64,000 bases of DNA from an uncultured Gemmatimonadales bacterium (GTDB taxonomy: Bacteria > Gemmatimonadota > Gemmatimonadetes > Gemmatimonadales > Gemmatimonadaceae), in contig CAWBZV010000005.1 in NCBI GenBank assembly GCA_963793305.1, forward strand, positions 544,001 through 608,000. The letters are read 5' to 3'. The number at the start of each line of letters is the position of its first letter. Position 1 is the stretch's first letter. The translations under genes and the position numbers were made by a program. Below are positions 20,834 to 31,822 of this stretch, piece after piece. Below the pieces are notes generated by a model. That model ran no database searches, was not told the origin of the DNA, and was given only the letters and a program-made list of their open reading frames with translations.

Positions 20834-22625
20834 ATGCCTCGCCTCGCACTCCTGCTCGCCACGCTCCCCACGATCGCGCTGGCGCAGTCCGCGCCCATCA
20901 GCGACGTGCACTATGACGTGACGGTCGACTCGACGACGGTCACGCACCGGGATATCGACGTTCTCGATGCAGTTCCGTGTTGGCGGCGACGCGCCGGTCG
21001 TGTTGTCGCTGCCCGCGTGGAGCCCGGGGCACTACGTGTTGCTCTGGTTCGCCCGCCGCGTATCGCACTTCACACCGACCGCCGATGGGAAGCCGCTCCA
21101 CTGGCGGATGGTCGACTATCAGACGTGGCGGTTGACCGGCGCTCACGCTGGCCAGCACGTCACCGTCCGCTTCTCGTATCTCGCCGACACGATCGACCGT
21201 GCAGTCGCCTGGACGAAGCCCGATTTTGCGTTCTTCAACGGCACGAATCTGTTCCTGTATCCTGTGGGTCAGGGGTTCAACTGGCCGGCGACAGTCACCG
21301 TTCACACGAGCCCCGGTTGGGGCATTGCAACAGGAATGGACGCGGCTCCGGCGCCGCCAACGTATGGCGCCGCGAACTATCACGATCTGACCGACTCGCC
21401 CTTCTTCGTCGGTCACTTCGACATCGACAGCATAGTGGCGGCGCCAGGGCACTACGTCCGGTTCGTCAACTATCCCGCCGGCGTCGTTGATCAGGCGCAC
21501 TCCGCGCGCATCCTCGGCTGGCTGGCGAAGCTCGCGCCGGTCGAAGGCGCGGTGTTCCACGAGATCCCGTGGCGGACCTACACGGTGCTCGAGATCGCCG
21601 ACCCACATCCGAATGACGGGGGGCTCGAACACCATGATTCGCAACTCGACGAGATCCAGGCCGCCTATCTCGACTTGCCGTTCCTGCCCGGGCTCTACTC
21701 CCACGAGATGTTCCACTCGTGGAACGTGAAGCGTTTGCGGCCCGCCGACCTGGTGCCGTACCGGTACACCGACGCGCAGATCACGCAATGGCTGTGGATG
21801 TCCGAGGGGGTCACGGACTACTACTCCTACCTGGCGAACATGCGGAGCGGGATCTCCGACTCGGCCGCCTTTCTCGACCACATCGCGGGCAATATCGTGG
21901 GCGTCGGCAGCACGCCGCCGACCGCGTTGGCGGATGCCTCGATGCAACCGTGGATCAATCCGACCGACGGCTCGGGCGGCATCTATTACCCGAAGGGGGC
22001 GCTCGCCGGGTTCATGCTCGATCTCATGATTCGCGATGCCAGCAACAACACGCGCTCGCTCGACGATGTGATGCGCACGCTGTACGAGACGACATACAAG
22101 AAAGGCCTCGGGTTCACACCGGTCGAGTGGTGGGGGACGATCAGCCGGTATGCGGGTGGCAAGTCGTTCGACGCCGTCAATCGCCGCTTCATTGAAGGAC
22201 GGGATCCGTACCCCTGGGACTCGGTGCTGGCATGCGCCGGGCTGCGCATCACAACGGATACGGTGCGCGATGTCGCGTTCGGGCTCCTTCCCTCCATCGA
22301 CTCGGAGGGCGTCCACACCCTGTTCGTCATCCCGGGTGGAGCCGCGGAGCGCGCGGGCATCAAGGTGGGCGATATCATCGTGTCACTCGGCGACGTCGCC
22401 TTGGGGAAATACCAGTCGTTCGATGACGCGCTCGACGCGCTCCGCACGGGCCTCCAGGACAAAGCACAGGCGCCGTACTTCGTGCGACGTGGTTCCGAAA
22501 CCGTGAACGGGTCGTTCCCGGTCGAATTCCATACCCATGCGCGGACGCGGATCGCGCCCGACCCCAACGCGTCCGAGAGGGCGCAACGGATCCGCCACGG
22601 CCTCGTCCACGGGAGCACGTCGTAG
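20834..22625 (+). CDS. M61 glycyl aminopeptidase-like metallopeptidase with PDZ domain (apparent frameshift at ~20961)
   Basis: Signal peptide, LPAWSPGHY, GGLEH, HEMFHSWNVKRLRP, EGVTDYY, YYPKG, and PDZ-like AERAGIKVGD. Confidence 0.9.
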
Positions 22626-22750
22626 GGCCGCGCATTGAGTGAGCGCAGCGGGCCACGGGCACGCGATCATCCGCGCGGCACGCGGCGGGATCGCGAGGCT
22701 ACGGTCCATTTGCACGGGTGGACGATCGCCCTCAGGGCGACCCTGGCGGG

Positions 22751-23194
22751 CTAGCGCCTGTTCGAGGCTGCGGGTCGAGTCGTGGTCGCGTGGCGCGCCA
22801 AGCGGGTGCGACGCTCTTTGTCGCGTATCACGTCTTTGAGTGACGCCAAGCTTGCCCGGTCCGGAAGCGTGTCGCTCAACGCGCAGAGCGCGAGCGTCAT
22901 TCCCGAACGCTCGAACAGGGTATCGCGGACGTGTCTGGCGACCGCGGTGAGTACGATCCACTTCTCGACCTTTGCCCGGTAGACGTGTGCACGTCCGTCG
23001 AAGAAGCGTTCGGCGAGTCGCTTCTTGTACAGGTTGCTCAGGTGCGTGAGCGTCGTGGTGTAGCACTCCTTCCCGAGGGCGCGATGGAGGTCGCGCGCGG
23101 TCACCGCCTCGAACGTCCATAGCCCGCGGAGGATCGCCAGCTCGGCCGCCGTCGGCAACCGGAATCGGTGGTTTGTCGCCGGGACTTGCACCAT
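22751..23194 (-). CDS. BlaI/MecI/CopY family transcriptional regulator
   Basis: PTAAELAILRGLW, YTTTLTHLSNLYKK and RAHVYRA. Confidence 0.85.
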   Translation of the reverse strand: MVQVPATNHRFRLPTAAELAILRGLWTFEAVTARDLHRALGKECYTTTLTHLSNLYKKRLAERFFDGRAHVYRAKVEKWIVLTAVARHVRDTLFERSGMTLALCALSDTLPDRASLASLKDVIRDKERRTRLARHATTTRPAASNRR

Positions 23195-23221
23195 GAGAAA
23201 CTGTCCCGCTAGCGGACACCC

Positions 23222-23239
23222 GTCTTGAACGGCTGCAAC
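23222..23239 (-). promoter_or_regulatory. 18-bp motif copy GTTGCAGCCGTTCAAGAC
   Basis: BlaI-like ATG 28 nt downstream. Confidence 0.72.
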
Positions 23240-23251
23240 ATATCTCCCGGT

Positions 23252-23767
23252 TCAACGCGATTGGTCGATTAGGTGCCTCACTTGTTGCAGGTGATTGATG
23301 TCATGGCCAGCCATCATTCGAATGAGTTGCGAGACGGATTCCTCGCCTCGCTCCTCGTGCTCGATCCAGCCAGCGTTTTCGGCGGGCGATAAGTCGTAGA
23401 GCAGCGCGAGTGTCCACCGGCGAATGGCGGCGAATGTCGCCAGGCTCAGGCCAATGTCGAGGGATCGATACTTGTTGGTTTCGGCCCATTGGTCTTGGTC
23501 GAACCCCATGACCATCTGACCGGGTTGGGCGGCCGCCCATCGCAGGCGGGCGGTCATGATGATTTCGGCGTCCGCCAAGTGGGCGACTTGCTCCCGAATG
23601 CTCCATTGCCCCGGCTCGGGGCGAAAATCGAGGGTCGATCGAGGAAGCTTGCCGATCAGACCTTCGAGGTTGCGCGGCGTGGCCTCGATGATAACGATCG
23701 GGTCTTGATCACCAACATATCCGTACAGGCGGGCCACGTATTGTTCGGAGGTTTCTTGTGGGCGCAT
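23252..23767 (-). CDS. DinB family protein
   Basis: PGQWSIREQVAHLADAE, HEERG and AGHDINHL. Confidence 0.88.
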   Translation of the reverse strand: MRPQETSEQYVARLYGYVGDQDPIVIIEATPRNLEGLIGKLPRSTLDFRPEPGQWSIREQVAHLADAEIIMTARLRWAAAQPGQMVMGFDQDQWAETNKYRSLDIGLSLATFAAIRRWTLALLYDLSPAENAGWIEHEERGEESVSQLIRMMAGHDINHLQQVRHLIDQSR

Positions 23768-23799
23768 GTGGGGATAACGTGGCTCGTCGAGTAGGCGGA

Positions 23800-23817
23800 G
23801 TCTTGAACGACCGCAAC
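23800..23817 (-). promoter_or_regulatory. 18-bp motif copy GTTGCGGTCGTTCAAGAC
   Basis: DinB ATG 33 nt downstream. Confidence 0.75.
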
Positions 23818-23943
23818 TTTGTCGTTGCATCCGGGCGACATCTGGGGCGCAGCCTTTGGCGCCATCACTGGCGTCAGACGCGAGTGATGGCCGGGCACGT
23901 GTCTCACATGTTTTACGGGACCGACCTACGGTGACGGACCTGG

Positions 23944-26373
23944 TCACTCCGCGCGCAGTGCGTCGTTCGGCGCGGCGCGCATCGCACTCCGCGCGGGCAC
24001 GTAGACAGCCGCGGCCGCAATCGCCGCCATGAGCACCGGGATCACGCTGAACGTCACGGCGTCGGTCGCACTCACGCCGAACAAGAGGCCGGACATGAGC
24101 CGCGTCAGCGCGAACGCGCCGGCGAGTCCGGCCGCCACGCCGATGCCGACGGTGAGGCCGAACTCGCGGGCGATGAGGCCCAAGATGCGCGCGCGATCGG
24201 CGCCCAGCGCCATGCGGATGCCGATCTCGCGGCGGCGCTGCCCCACCCAGTAGGCGATCGTGCCGTACACGCCGACGGCCGCGAGGATGAGCGCGGCGAT
24301 GGCGAACGTCGAGAGCAGCAACATCGAGAGGCGCCGCCGCGCGAACGAGTCGGCGAGCCGCTGCTCCATGGTGCTCACGTCGTACGCGGGCAGCTCCGCA
24401 TCCAGCGTATGCACTTCGCCCAGCACGGCGCTCGTGAGCCGCGACACGTCGTGGAGCGCGGTGTGCGTGCGCACGACGACGAACCGGCTCGCGATCGGGT
24501 ACTGCTCGACCGGGAAATAGGCCGTGATCGGCGGTGCAACCTCGGTCTGGTACTCGCGCTTGTCGCGCACGATGCCGACCACGGTGCGCCACGGCCCGTC
24601 GGCTCCTTGGCGTAGGCGCTTGCCGATCGCGCCGTCCGGCCAGAATCGCGCCGCCAGTGCCTCGTCGACGATGACGACCGGCGGCGACTGTTGGTTGTCG
24701 TGCACGTCGAAGAACCGCCCCTGGACGAGCGGCATGCCCATCGCCCGGAAATAGTCGGGGCTCACGTACCCGCTGCTGGTAACGATGATGTCGCCGCCGG
24801 CGGCCTTGGGCACGTACCCTTCGATGCGGATCGGTTCCCAGGCGAGCGACACGGAGCTCAACGGCAACTGGTAGTTGCTACCGACGAACTCGACGCCGGG
24901 AAGCGCGGTCAACTTGAGGTCCAGCGCTCGATAGAAATTCGTCACCGACTCCGGCGTCTGGTATCGCGATCCCGGCAGTGAGAGCCGAAGCGACAACGTG
25001 TTCCGCGGGTCGAACCCGGGATCGGCGCGCAGCACACGCGCATAGCTCCGGACCAGGAGCCCCGCGCCGACCAGTAGGACGAGCGAGAGTGCGACTTCGG
25101 CGGTGATGAGCGCGCCGCGCGTGCGCGACCGGTCGACAGTCGACCCGCGAGCGCCTTCCTTGAGTACGCTGGTCGCATCGACTCGAGAGGCGCGGAGGGC
25201 AGGTGCGAGACCAAAGAGGAGCGTGCTGGCCAACGAGACCGCGAACGTGAACGCGAGCACCGTGATATCGATGTGGATCGCGTCGAGGCGCGGAATGCCG
25301 GCGGGACCGGCGTGGCGCAGAAGCCAGACGCTCGCGAGGGCCATCCCAAACCCGAGCACGCCGCTGGCGAGCGCGAGGGTCAGATTCTCGCCGGCCAGTT
25401 GCCGGATGAGGCGCCGCCGGTCCGCACCGATCGCCGCCCGGAGGGCGAGCTCTTTCTCCCGTACGACCGCGCGCGAAACGAGGAGGCCGGCGACGTTGCT
25501 GCACGCGATCGTGAGCAGCACCGCGACGGCGCCCAGGAGAACGTAGAGCGCGAGGCGCGTATCGCCGACCACTTGGTCGATGAGCGGCACGACGCTGATC
25601 GTGAGGCCGCTGTTCGCCGGATAGAACGCCGGATACTCTTGCTTCATCCGCGCGGCGATCGTCTCCATCTCGGCCTGCGCCGACGCCTCGGAAACACCGG
25701 GCTTGAGCGAGGCAAAGACGTTAAAGTCTTCGCCATCGCGGTTGGTCCGCGCGCTCGCCGGCACCGGCAGCGGGAGGATGAGCTCAATGTGCTGCACGCT
25801 GTTGACCGCCGGCATCACGTCCTTGTCGAACACGAAATCCGGCGACAGAACGCCCACGATCGCGACGCTATTCCCGCTCAGCGTCAACGTCTTGTCAATG
25901 ACCCCAGGGTCGCCCCCGAAGCGCCGTTGCCAGAATCCGTACGTCAACACGACCCCGAGCGGCCGGCCCGGCTCGTCGTCTTGGGCCGTGAACAGGTGAC
26001 CGAGCACCGCGTGCGCGCCGAGCATGGACAGGAGCGCGGACGACATGCGGACGCCGTCGATGCGCTCCGGCGCGCCGCTGCCGGTCATGTTGAAGCTCGC
26101 GCCGATCGCGGCCGCGACGCGGTCGAAGGCCGTGTTCTCGGTCTTGATATCGAGATATTGCCCGAGCGAGAGCCAGTCGCGCGGGACGCCGAGGCCAGGC
26201 GACCGCTGCCACAGCATCGCCAGACGCTCGGCGTGCGGATATGGCAGCGGACGGAGCAGGAGCGCGTTCGCGACGCCGAAGATCGCGCTGGTGGCCCCGA
26301 TGCCGATCGTCAGCGACAGCAGCGCCGCGATCGTGAACCCCGGGGCTTTGACAAGGGTGCGGATGCTGTTCAC
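23944..26373 (-). CDS. MacB/FtsX-like duplicated ABC permease (ADOP type)
   Basis: PGFTIAALLSLTIGIGA, LLRPLPY, IACSNVA and REIGIRMALGA; two periplasmic-plus-permease repeats. Confidence 0.92.
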   Translation of the reverse strand: MNSIRTLVKAPGFTIAALLSLTIGIGATSAIFGVANALLLRPLPYPHAERLAMLWQRSPGLGVPRDWLSLGQYLDIKTENTAFDRVAAAIGASFNMTGSGAPERIDGVRMSSALLSMLGAHAVLGHLFTAQDDEPGRPLGVVLTYGFWQRRFGGDPGVIDKTLTLSGNSVAIVGVLSPDFVFDKDVMPAVNSVQHIELILPLPVPASARTNRDGEDFNVFASLKPGVSEASAQAEMETIAARMKQEYPAFYPANSGLTISVVPLIDQVVGDTRLALYVLLGAVAVLLTIACSNVAGLLVSRAVVREKELALRAAIGADRRRLIRQLAGENLTLALASGVLGFGMALASVWLLRHAGPAGIPRLDAIHIDITVLAFTFAVSLASTLLFGLAPALRASRVDATSVLKEGARGSTVDRSRTRGALITAEVALSLVLLVGAGLLVRSYARVLRADPGFDPRNTLSLRLSLPGSRYQTPESVTNFYRALDLKLTALPGVEFVGSNYQLPLSSVSLAWEPIRIEGYVPKAAGGDIIVTSSGYVSPDYFRAMGMPLVQGRFFDVHDNQQSPPVVIVDEALAARFWPDGAIGKRLRQGADGPWRTVVGIVRDKREYQTEVAPPITAYFPVEQYPIASRFVVVRTHTALHDVSRLTSAVLGEVHTLDAELPAYDVSTMEQRLADSFARRRLSMLLLSTFAIAALILAAVGVYGTIAYWVGQRRREIGIRMALGADRARILGLIAREFGLTVGIGVAAGLAGAFALTRLMSGLLFGVSATDAVTFSVIPVLMAAIAAAAVYVPARSAMRAAPNDALRAE

Positions 26374-26518
26374 AGGCCGAACATAATCACTGGGTGGGCC
26401 ACCCGCGCTCCCTCGGCGACAGTTCTACACACTGCTTTCCATGGCGGCGGCAAAAGGTTCCTCACTTGTGTCAGCGCATGCCGCCGCGGCCGTGGATCAG
26501 CGCGCGGACGCAGGCGGA

Positions 26519-26979
26519 TCACCGCAAGCTTATCTCCTGATAGACGAGCTCAGTAAGCGCCTCTGCCTCATTGTTAAATTGTTTCGAGAGATCCTGGTCA
26601 TTTCCGGCAAATCGTTGCCGGAACGGCGTGAGATCCACGCTTCCCTTGACCTCGTCGAAGCTGGCGAACTTGCCGTGGCCGGGAAGCTGACCGGCTTGTC
26701 CGTCCACTGGCGGATTTGGGCGATGTCTTCCCGGGCATCCGAGGGCATAAATCCGGCATCGACCACGAAGACCTGCCGGTCGCCGATGATCACCGTCGTG
26801 TTACTGCTCCCGACGCCAAGCTGCTCATCTTTGTGCTGGATCTCATAGACGCCGTCGGCGAGCTTCGTCACTTTCCGTTCCGTCTGGCCCGACAGCGGCT
26901 GTGCCGCCGCGAGTCCGAGCGCCATCATACACAGGTATGGCCGGAGCGAATCGCCGAGTGAGCGACTGCGAAACGTCAT
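26519..26979 (-). pseudogene. MBL-fold metallo-hydrolase with large internal deletion
   Basis: Signal peptide and KLADGVY...SNTTVIIGD...VVDAG...WTDKPVSF, then a jump in another frame to a C-terminal tail. No HxHxDH motif present. Confidence 0.7.
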
Positions 26980-27044
26980 TGGGGATCTCCTGAAGTGGTG
27001 CAGCCATGGCGGGAGCCGAAACTAAGGGTGGCGCCAGCGTCGGC

Positions 27045-27062
27045 GTCTTGCACGAAGACAAC
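27045..27062 (-). promoter_or_regulatory. 18-bp motif copy GTTGTCTTCGTGCAAGAC
   Basis: Upstream of the MBL remnant. Confidence 0.68.
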
Positions 27063-27078
27063 ACGATGGTCGGATCGG

Positions 27079-28263
27079 CTAGTGCGCCTGGGTGGGCGTC
27101 ACGTACGCCCCGAGATCACTATTGTCGCTCTCGATGTCGGTGAACCGGAACGGGATGCTTCGGGCAGCCAACGGATCCGGCCCATCACTGATCTGAAAGT
27201 GGAGGTGGACGAGCGGGCTGTCCCCGGTATCGCCCACCTCTCCGATCTGGTGCCCGCGGGTGACCGATGTGCCCGGCGTGACGGTCACACTGCCCGACTT
27301 GAGATGACCATAGGCCGAGTACTCGCCATTGGCATGTTGGATCACGACGTAGTTGCCGATCACGCCGCGATGGGGATCACTGATCATGAGGCCCATGTTG
27401 TACTGCGTGACCCGCTGGCGATACGTATCCTCCGATTCGCCCGGGCGCTGGCGGCGGGTCGCATAATCCTGCGTGGCGCCGTTTTCGGCGGCGACCACCT
27501 TCCCATCGGCGGCGGCCAACACGGGTTGGCCATAACCGTAGTAATCCGTCGGCGCATCGCCGCCGCCGCGCGACGGCGAGCCCAACGTGTCGAGCTTCCA
27601 GAAATCCAACGCGAATTCGGTCTGTGCGTTCCACCGATGGTGGCTGGTGATATTCGGGATCGAGCGCGCGAACCACACGCCGCGCAGTGGCATCGTATAC
27701 GAGTTGTGGTATTGCGGCATGATCGCGGGTACCGTCGTCGCGACCTCACGGGTCGTGCCGTTGGCATCGATGATCGAGGCGTGCAGGCGCACGATCGTCG
27801 GCTGGCCGCGCACCGCCAGATAGATGTTCGAGGCGAGGAGCGCTCCATGCGGCGGCGTGGTGCGCTCGGCGACAAAGTGATTGCCGGAGCCCAGAACGGT
27901 GCCCGGAATCGACATCTCGGCAAGCGCCGCCATGCCTTGCGCGCGCATCTCGACCTGTTCCTGCGTGGCGCTCTGGATGGCGTCGAAGGGTATCGTCACC
28001 GTGGCGAGCGTCCCATTGCGATCGGCCGCGTCGATGCGGAGATGCGTCAGACGCACCGGCTTCGCGGTCGTATTCACGAACGCGACCTCGTGGACAACGA
28101 GATCCACATACCCGCGGTCGGGCGAGGCCGGGTAGAGGTAGACCGAGCCGGCCGGGTAGATCTGAATCGTCTGGGCAGGCGCCAGCGCCGGGACGATCAG
28201 GGGCGCAATGCGCAGGACGCGTGCGAAGGTGCAGATCAAGACAACTCCGGTTGAAATGGGCAC
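27079..28263 (-). CDS. M23 family metallopeptidase
   Basis: HRW...FALDF, PVLAAADG, GNYVVIQH, YGHL and GDTGDSPLVHLHFQ. Start uncertain. Confidence 0.88.
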   Translation of the reverse strand: MPISTGVVLICTFARVLRIAPLIVPALAPAQTIQIYPAGSVYLYPASPDRGYVDLVVHEVAFVNTTAKPVRLTHLRIDAADRNGTLATVTIPFDAIQSATQEQVEMRAQGMAALAEMSIPGTVLGSGNHFVAERTTPPHGALLASNIYLAVRGQPTIVRLHASIIDANGTTREVATTVPAIMPQYHNSYTMPLRGVWFARSIPNITSHHRWNAQTEFALDFWKLDTLGSPSRGGGDAPTDYYGYGQPVLAAADGKVVAAENGATQDYATRRQRPGESEDTYRQRVTQYNMGLMISDPHRGVIGNYVVIQHANGEYSAYGHLKSGSVTVTPGTSVTRGHQIGEVGDTGDSPLVHLHFQISDGPDPLAARSIPFRFTDIESDNSDLGAYVTPTQAH

Positions 28264-28330
28264 AACGGCACACGGGCGCCCACGGCGCCCGCCGAGACGA
28301 GTTTCGCCCCTGCCACCCTATTCGGGCAAG

Positions 28331-28348
28331 GTTGCAATCGTTCTAGAC
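28331..28348 (+). promoter_or_regulatory. 18-bp motif copy GTTGCAATCGTTCTAGAC
   Basis: Upstream of the YceI-TPR gene. Confidence 0.72.
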
Positions 28349-28466
28349 AACATCGGCGCGGCTCGCCACCATCGATCCCGCGCGTCCGTCCTGGAATGTG
28401 GCGTGTGCGAACCGGACCATCCCACACGAATATCGAGTGCACGAGCCTATGCCTAGTTTGCGGGCC

Positions 28467-29505
28467 ATGCCCACCTCGCCGGTGTCGCGAGCATTGCTTC
28501 GGTTCCTGGGCGTGGTGCTGTTCGCTGGGCACAGCGCCTACGGCCAAAGCCCGTCCGAGCTCGCCCGCATGCGCTACGACGCGGACCCGCAGCATTCCAG
28601 CGTGGCCTTCACTGTTCGACTCTTCGGGGTCGCCAAGGTGCATGGTCGCTTCAAAGACTATGGGGCGACCGTCATCTGATGATCCGGATCATATCGAGCG
28701 CTCGTCGGTGACCGCCATAATCGGGACCTCGAGCATTGACACGGACATGGACTTCCGTGACAAACATCTCCGGAGTCCGGATTTCTTCGACGTGGACAAG
28801 TATCCGGTCATCACATTTCAAAGTGACCGCGTCGAGCGTACGGCGGCCGGCTGTCAGGCCATCGGTCGCTTCACCATGCACGGCGTGACCCGGGTCATCA
28901 CACTTCCCATCGCCATCGTGCTCCAGCCGCGCAGTACGGGTAAGTCTGGCACGACGAACGTGGCGTTCTCCGCGGCGACCCGGCTCAGTCGCCAGGACTT
29001 CGGCATTGCCGGAACGAACAAATTCAATCCGTCGTTCGATCCGGTGACCTCAATGGTTTCCGACAGCGTCGACATCGAGCTGGACATTATGGCGAATCGG
29101 CCAGGATACCTCACCTGGACTTTCACGGGACAAACGCCGCCTTCGATCGCTGACACGGTCGGACGCGTTGTTGCGGCACATGGGGTCGACGATGCGCTGC
29201 GGCTCTATCAGCGAATGCATGCGGAGCAGCCCAAAGCCTACAATTTTTCGCCGGGCCAATTGGACCACTTGGGTCATCAACTCCTGCAACGCGGCGCGGT
29301 GAACGACGCCGTTGCGATTTTGCGGTTCAACGCACAACAATTTCCGACCATCGCCGGCGTCATCCAGTCGCTCGCGGACGCGTACCTGTGGGCCGGTGAC
29401 AGCAGCCGGGCGGTCGCAACCTACCGTCAAGCGCTCGCGGTGGATTCACTGAATCCCACCGCGATCGAAACATTGCGTCGCCTGGCGGCGAGGGGCGGGG
29501 CATAG
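28467..29505 (+). CDS. YceI family protein with C-terminal TPR-like domain (apparent frameshift at ~28678)
   Basis: DPQHSSVAF, VHGRF, SIDT..RDKHLRSPDFFDVDKYPVITF and SRQDFGI; helical tail SLADAY...YRQAL. Confidence 0.87.
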
Positions 29506-29534
29506 GTACGCGCGGCTGTGTCGCTTGCCGTGAT

Positions 29535-29552
29535 GTTGGATTTGTTCTAGAC
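29535..29552 (+). promoter_or_regulatory. 18-bp motif copy GTTGGATTTGTTCTAGAC
   Basis: About 260 nt upstream of AraC paralogue 1, same strand. Confidence 0.72.
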
Positions 29553-29809
29553 AACGCGCCGACAATGTGGTTCTCGAGCCTGCGTCACTATGGGTATCGT
29601 CTCACCACTGCGATTTCTCGGTTGGTGGCCCGCGACCATCGGCGTGTGATTGTGGCACTGCTCATCCCAACTTCGGGACTACCCGGGGTGCATTGCCGGC
29701 GTACTGGCCGAATATCGCCACTCGACGGTGGCCCGGCGCCGGCACGGGCCTTTCTCTATCTCGTCCTCATGGACTTACAAACGCTGCAGGTCGCGCCGAC
29801 CGAGTGACG

Positions 29810-30734
29810 ATGGCGCGACACGAGAGGCGGCCGCAACTGGCGCGCGGTGAGTACTACGGCCGTGTCGTGACGCATCGCGATACGGCGGGGCTGCGGTTGA
29901 CCGATCTGCATCACGCGCGGGGCGTGTTCTTGCCGGAACACACGCACGAGTGCGCGTATTTTTGGCTCCTGCTGTCTGGCGCGTATCGAGAGCACATCGG
30001 GTCGAGGGAGTACCCGCATTGGCCGTTCTCGTTCGGATACTGTCCGATCGGGCTCGAGCATCGGGATGAGGTGGGTCGGTGTGGCGCCCGGTTCTTCGCG
30101 ATCGAGCTCGACGCGCACGGTGCGCAGATGATCGCGGACCTGAACCGTCCGATGAGCACGGCACCGTTCGAGGTGCACGACACGTTGGCGTTCAGCGCGC
30201 TCCTCCAGCTCCACACGGAGTTCTTGCGCGCCCGCGACGGTGGGTATGAGGTGGAGTGCCTCACCGCGGAAACGCTGACGGCCGAGTTCATCGGCTTCGC
30301 GTTCGAGCCCCGGGCCCGGCCCGCGCACCGCCAACCGCGCTGGCTCGCTCCGGTGATCGAGTATCTCGACGCGCACTATGCCCATGTCATCCGCATTAGC
30401 ACGTTGGCGGCCAGTGCGGGAGTGCATCAGGTACACCTGGCGCGCGTGTTTCGCGAGGTCCACCGCTGCAGCATTGCGCAGTATCTGACGACGTTGCGCG
30501 TGCGGCGCGCCTGTTCGTTGCTCGAACGTCGGAGAGCTGACGCTGAGCCAGATTGCGCTACTGACGGGATTCTCGGATCAGAGTCATTTCACGCGCGCCT
30601 TTACGGCCACGGTCGGCTGTTCGCCTGGGGCCTTCCGGCGGGCCGTGTTCCCGCGCGTGCGGTTGGTGCCGGATGCAGCGACACACGCCGCACCGTGTTA
30701 TTCCGAGGGGATTCGTTCGAGTCAGTCGGCGTGA
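29810..30734 (+). CDS. AraC-family transcriptional regulator, paralogue 1 (apparent frameshift at ~30525)
   Basis: Cupin-like LPEHTHECAY and HTH GVHQVHLARVFR. After removing one A: LSQIALLTGFSDQSHFTRAF, collinear with the paralogue at 42758. Confidence 0.92.
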
Positions 30735-30772
30735 GGGTCCCCGGCGCGTCAGCGCCACGGAGTGCGTCGGCA

Positions 30773-30790
30773 TTGCGCGGCGTTCAAACC
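30773..30790 (+). promoter_or_regulatory. degenerate motif copy TTGCGCGGCGTTCAAACC
   Basis: Directly after araC1; CPBP ATG 29 nt downstream. Weak match. Confidence 0.4.
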
Positions 30791-30818
30791 AAAATGGACT
30801 GGTGTTGTCTCACCGATC

Positions 30819-31679
30819 ATGAGTCGCATCCTTCGGTTCATCGGTCTCATCGCGCTCCTGAGCACGCCGCTGTACATCCTGCACGCCTACAGCCATACAC
30901 CGGGCGCCGGCGCCTACATTCGGCTCCTCATGTGGTGTCCGGCGGCCGCGGCACTCCTCACCCTGCGATCCACCGGCGGGGACCTCGCCAGCATCGGCTG
31001 GCGCTGGCCCTCGGCGCAGTGGGTGGCGTTGAGCTGCCTCATTCCCGTGCTGTACCTCACGGCCACGTATGCGGTTGGGTGGATGATGGGTGGTGGCACA
31101 TTCTTCAATGAAGCATTCGTCCGCACCACGCGGACGAGCTTTGCGTGGCAACGGCTCCCGGTGTGGTCCGTGGCTCCGCTCTTCGTCATCGTCGCCGGAT
31201 CGTCGCGTCTTGTCGCGGACGCCGCACCACTGGGTGAAGAGATCGGCTGGCGCGGCTTTCTTGTACCAGCGCTCGTTGAGCGGCACGGTTTCGTGGTGAC
31301 ATCACTCGTCTCGGGGTTACTCTGGGGGCTCTGGCACTTCCCCTTGATGTTCATCAATCAACCCATGGACTCGTCCGCGCTGATTGGTGCTGCGTGCTTT
31401 CTGGCCACGTTGACTGGGTTATCGTTCCCGATGACCTGGCTTCGGCTCCGCAGTGGCAGCGTCTGGAGTGCGGCATTGTTCCACGTCTCGCACAATACGT
31501 TCAATTCCATCGCGCTGGCACTTCTCACGCCGACCGCGCGGACGCCGATCCTCATGGACGAAACGGGCGTCGTGATGGCAGCGGTCGGATGCCTGATGGC
31601 CGCGATCTTTTGGGCGGTCGCTCGCCGCACGGGGGGAATGGGCACGCCGCGCGTCGCGCCGAGCAGTCCGATGCGTTAG
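30819..31679 (+). CDS. CPBP (Abi/CAAX type II) intramembrane metalloprotease
   Basis: GEEIGWRGFL, WGLWHFP and SVWSAALFHVSHN. Confidence 0.92.
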   Translation: MSRILRFIGLIALLSTPLYILHAYSHTPGAGAYIRLLMWCPAAAALLTLRSTGGDLASIGWRWPSAQWVALSCLIPVLYLTATYAVGWMMGGGTFFNEAFVRTTRTSFAWQRLPVWSVAPLFVIVAGSSRLVADAAPLGEEIGWRGFLVPALVERHGFVVTSLVSGLLWGLWHFPLMFINQPMDSSALIGAACFLATLTGLSFPMTWLRLRSGSVWSAALFHVSHNTFNSIALALLTPTARTPILMDETGVVMAAVGCLMAAIFWAVARRTGGMGTPRVAPSSPMR

Positions 31680-31770
31680 TAGACCATCCTCGTGAAGCGG
31701 ATCCGGCGCGTTCGCATTGCGCACTACCTGACCACGGGAGTGCGTCGGCGTCTCGCCGACGAGTCAAGTC

Positions 31771-31788
31771 GTTGCATTTGTTCAATAC
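31771..31788 (+). promoter_or_regulatory. 18-bp motif copy GTTGCATTTGTTCAATAC
   Basis: LytTR regulator ATG 35 nt downstream. Confidence 0.72.
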
Positions 31789-31822
31789 GACGCGTCCGCC
31801 CCGCACTATCGATCGATCATTG

